Assembly (NCBI GenBank): GCA_001603665.1
Contig: LUZN01000034.1
Location: 27-64,026, forward strand
Length of the DNA stretch: 64,000 nt
Direction: 5' to 3'
Source: Bacteroidales bacterium Bact_22
GTDB lineage: Bacteria; Bacteroidota; Bacteroidia; Bacteroidales; F082
This document shows, piece by piece, positions 62,339 to 64,000 of this stretch; the stretch's first letter is position 1, and each line of letters opens with the position of its first letter. The translations under genes and the position numbers were made by a program. Under the pieces are notes generated by a model, which was not told the origin of the DNA, did not search any database, and saw only the letters and a program-made list of their open reading frames with translations.

Positions 62339-64000
62339 ATGAAAATGAGATTCTTCGCCATAATAACGCTTTTCTTCATGGTGTCGTGTTCGGCGCCGAA
62401 GAGGGACGACATCGACGTGAAAGTCGATAACTTATTGAGTCAGATGACTTTAGACGAGAAGATCGGGCAGCTGTGTTGTCCGATTGGCTTCAACCTCGAC
62501 GACGAGGCGTATCAACAGCTTATGGACACCCTGCCTGTAGGCGGATTGTGGGCCGTGCAGAGGGCTGATCCGTGGTCGCAGAAGACGCTTGAGACGGGGC
62601 TGGATGCTCGTGAGGCGGTGGAGGTTTACAACGCGATGCAACGTTATGCGGTGGAGAATACGAGGCTTGGCATCCCGATTTATCTTGCTGAAGAATGTCC
62701 GCACGGCCTGATGGCGGTGGGGGCGGCAGTATACCCCACGGGCTTGGGGCTGGCGGCGACTTGGGACGAGGAGTTGTTGTTTAGGGTTGGCGACGCCATC
62801 GGCGCCGAGGCCGCAGGCCGAGGCGCACAATTCGCCTTCGGACCTGTGATAGATATCGCCCGTGACCCGAGATGGTCACGTGTGGAAGAGACGATGGGCG
62901 AAGACCCTTATCTCTCGGGGATGTGCGGCAGCGCCGTCATCAGAGGCATGCAGCAGCATCTGGCGGCGACGGTGAAACATTTTGCAGCATATGGCATCCC
63001 TGAAGGCGGCCACAACGGCGCTGCCGCACAGACGGGACCAAACAAATTGATATCGGATTATCTTTCCAACTTTGAAATCGCAATAAAAAACGGTGCCAAA
63101 AGCATCATGACATCATATAATGCCATAGATGGAATACCTTGTACATCAAACAGTTGGCTCTTGAAAGATGTCTTACGCGAGCAGTGGGGATTCAAAGGCG
63201 TGGTTTTCTCCGACCTCGGCAGCATCTGGGCACTCCATAGCACACACAGGACGGCAGCTAGCCAGCTGGAGGCGACAGCTCAGGCAATAAATGCTGGTGT
63301 TGACATAGATTTAGGTGGTTCGAATTATGGGACATATCTGAAAACCGCCGTGGAAAACGGTTTAGTGCCAATGAAAAACGTCGATGATGCGGTTCGCAGG
63401 GTTTTACGATTCAAATACGAAATCGGATTGTTCGATGATCCGTACAAAACCGTAAAGGTAATCGGCCGTGATGGTGCATTGGGGTGGGCAGCGGCACATC
63501 ATTCCGTAGTTTTATTGAAGAATGACGGTATTTTGCCATTAAAACGTGACGTGAAATCCATCGCCGTCATCGGACCTAACGCCGACAATATGTACAATCA
63601 ATTAGGCGATTACACAGCACCACAAGACCCTGACAAGATTGTCACAGTGTTGGAAGGCATTCGTAATCGCGCTAACGCTGAAACAAAGATCGTTTATGCT
63701 AAAGGCTGCTCCATCCGCGACACCAATGACGCCGATTTTGAATCAGCGATAAAGGCAGCAAAATCAGCAGATGTCACCATTTTGGTGGTCGGAGGTTCAA
63801 GCGCACGCGACTTCAAGACATCTTACGAATCAACCGGCGCAGCCGTCGTAAATGACCACATCTCCGACATGGACTGCGGTGAAGGCTACGACCGCGTGTC
63901 TTTAGAACTTTCAGGTTTACAAGAGGATTTGATAAAAGAAATCGCAAAGCTGCATAAACCGTTGATTATTATTTATATCGAAGGTCGCCCACTGCTTAAA
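62339..64000 (+). CDS. Glycoside hydrolase family 3 beta-glucosidase-like lipoprotein (3' end outside window)
   Basis: Not in the ORF track because it has no stop in the window; hand-translated open frame of 554 codons. Lipobox FFMVSCS. Motifs MTLDEKIGQL, GPVIDIARDPRWSRVEET, KHFAAYG and GFKGVVFSDLGS. Confidence 0.85.
   Translation, partial: MKMRFFAIITLFFMVSCSAPKRDDIDVKVDNLLSQMTLDEKIGQLCCPIGFNLDDEAYQQLMDTLPVGGLWAVQRADPWSQKTLETGLDAREAVEVYNAMQRYAVENTRLGIPIYLAEECPHGLMAVGAAVYPTGLGLAATWDEELLFRVGDAIGAEAAGRGAQFAFGPVIDIARDPRWSRVEETMGEDPYLSGMCGSAVIRGMQQHLAATVKHFAAYGIPEGGHNGAAAQTGPNKLISDYLSNFEIAIKNGAKSIMTSYNAIDGIPCTSNSWLLKDVLREQWGFKGVVFSDLGSIWALHSTHRTAASQLEATAQAINAGVDIDLGGSNYGTYLKTAVENGLVPMKNVDDAVRRVLRFKYEIGLFDDPYKTVKVIGRDGALGWAAAHHSVVLLKNDGILPLKRDVKSIAVIGPNADNMYNQLGDYTAPQDPDKIVTVLEGIRNRANAETKIVYAKGCSIRDTNDADFESAIKAAKSADVTILVVGGSSARDFKTSYESTGAAVVNDHISDMDCGEGYDRVSLELSGLQEDLIKEIAKLHKPLIIIYIEGRPLLK

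Overview
This 64-kb chromosomal segment looks like a Bacteroidota (Bacteroidales-like) genome. The AT-rich intergenic DNA carries exact TAnnTTTG -7 promoter boxes in front of most transcription units. There are many SpII lipoproteins, a TonB-dependent receptor, and two cysteine proteases ending in type IX secretion (T9SS) C-terminal sorting domains. I call 52 protein-coding genes (the last is truncated by the window end), two tRNA genes (elongator-type tRNA-Met CAT and initiator tRNA-fMet CAT), a few hairpin terminators, and three families of short heptanucleotide tandem-repeat elements in intergenic spacers. Most genes are housekeeping: tatAC, mfd, dusB, thiL, uvrC, recQ, kdsD-lptB, waaA, pepA, tadA, pyrC, murF-alr fusion, pdxA, manA, era, der, queA and pssA. 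I saw no transposase, integrase, phage gene or CRISPR array, and no obvious compositional island. The best candidates for undescribed biology are four. (1) A non-Sus TonB-dependent receptor is followed by two paralogous modular surface lipoproteins and sits opposite a divergent secreted EEP-fold nuclease; this could be an extracellular nucleic-acid capture/uptake locus. (2) A thioredoxin-fold / outer-membrane barrel / CxxC-lipoprotein triad (TlpA-like, DUF6029-like, Omp28-like). (3) A P-loop kinase-dCMP deaminase fusion with the domain architecture of AvcD/defensive dCTP deaminases, sitting next to LOG and M20 genes. (4) Dispersed heptad-repeat elements placed exactly at gene junctions. All functional calls come from motif recognition by eye and from memory of protein families. 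No database search was possible.
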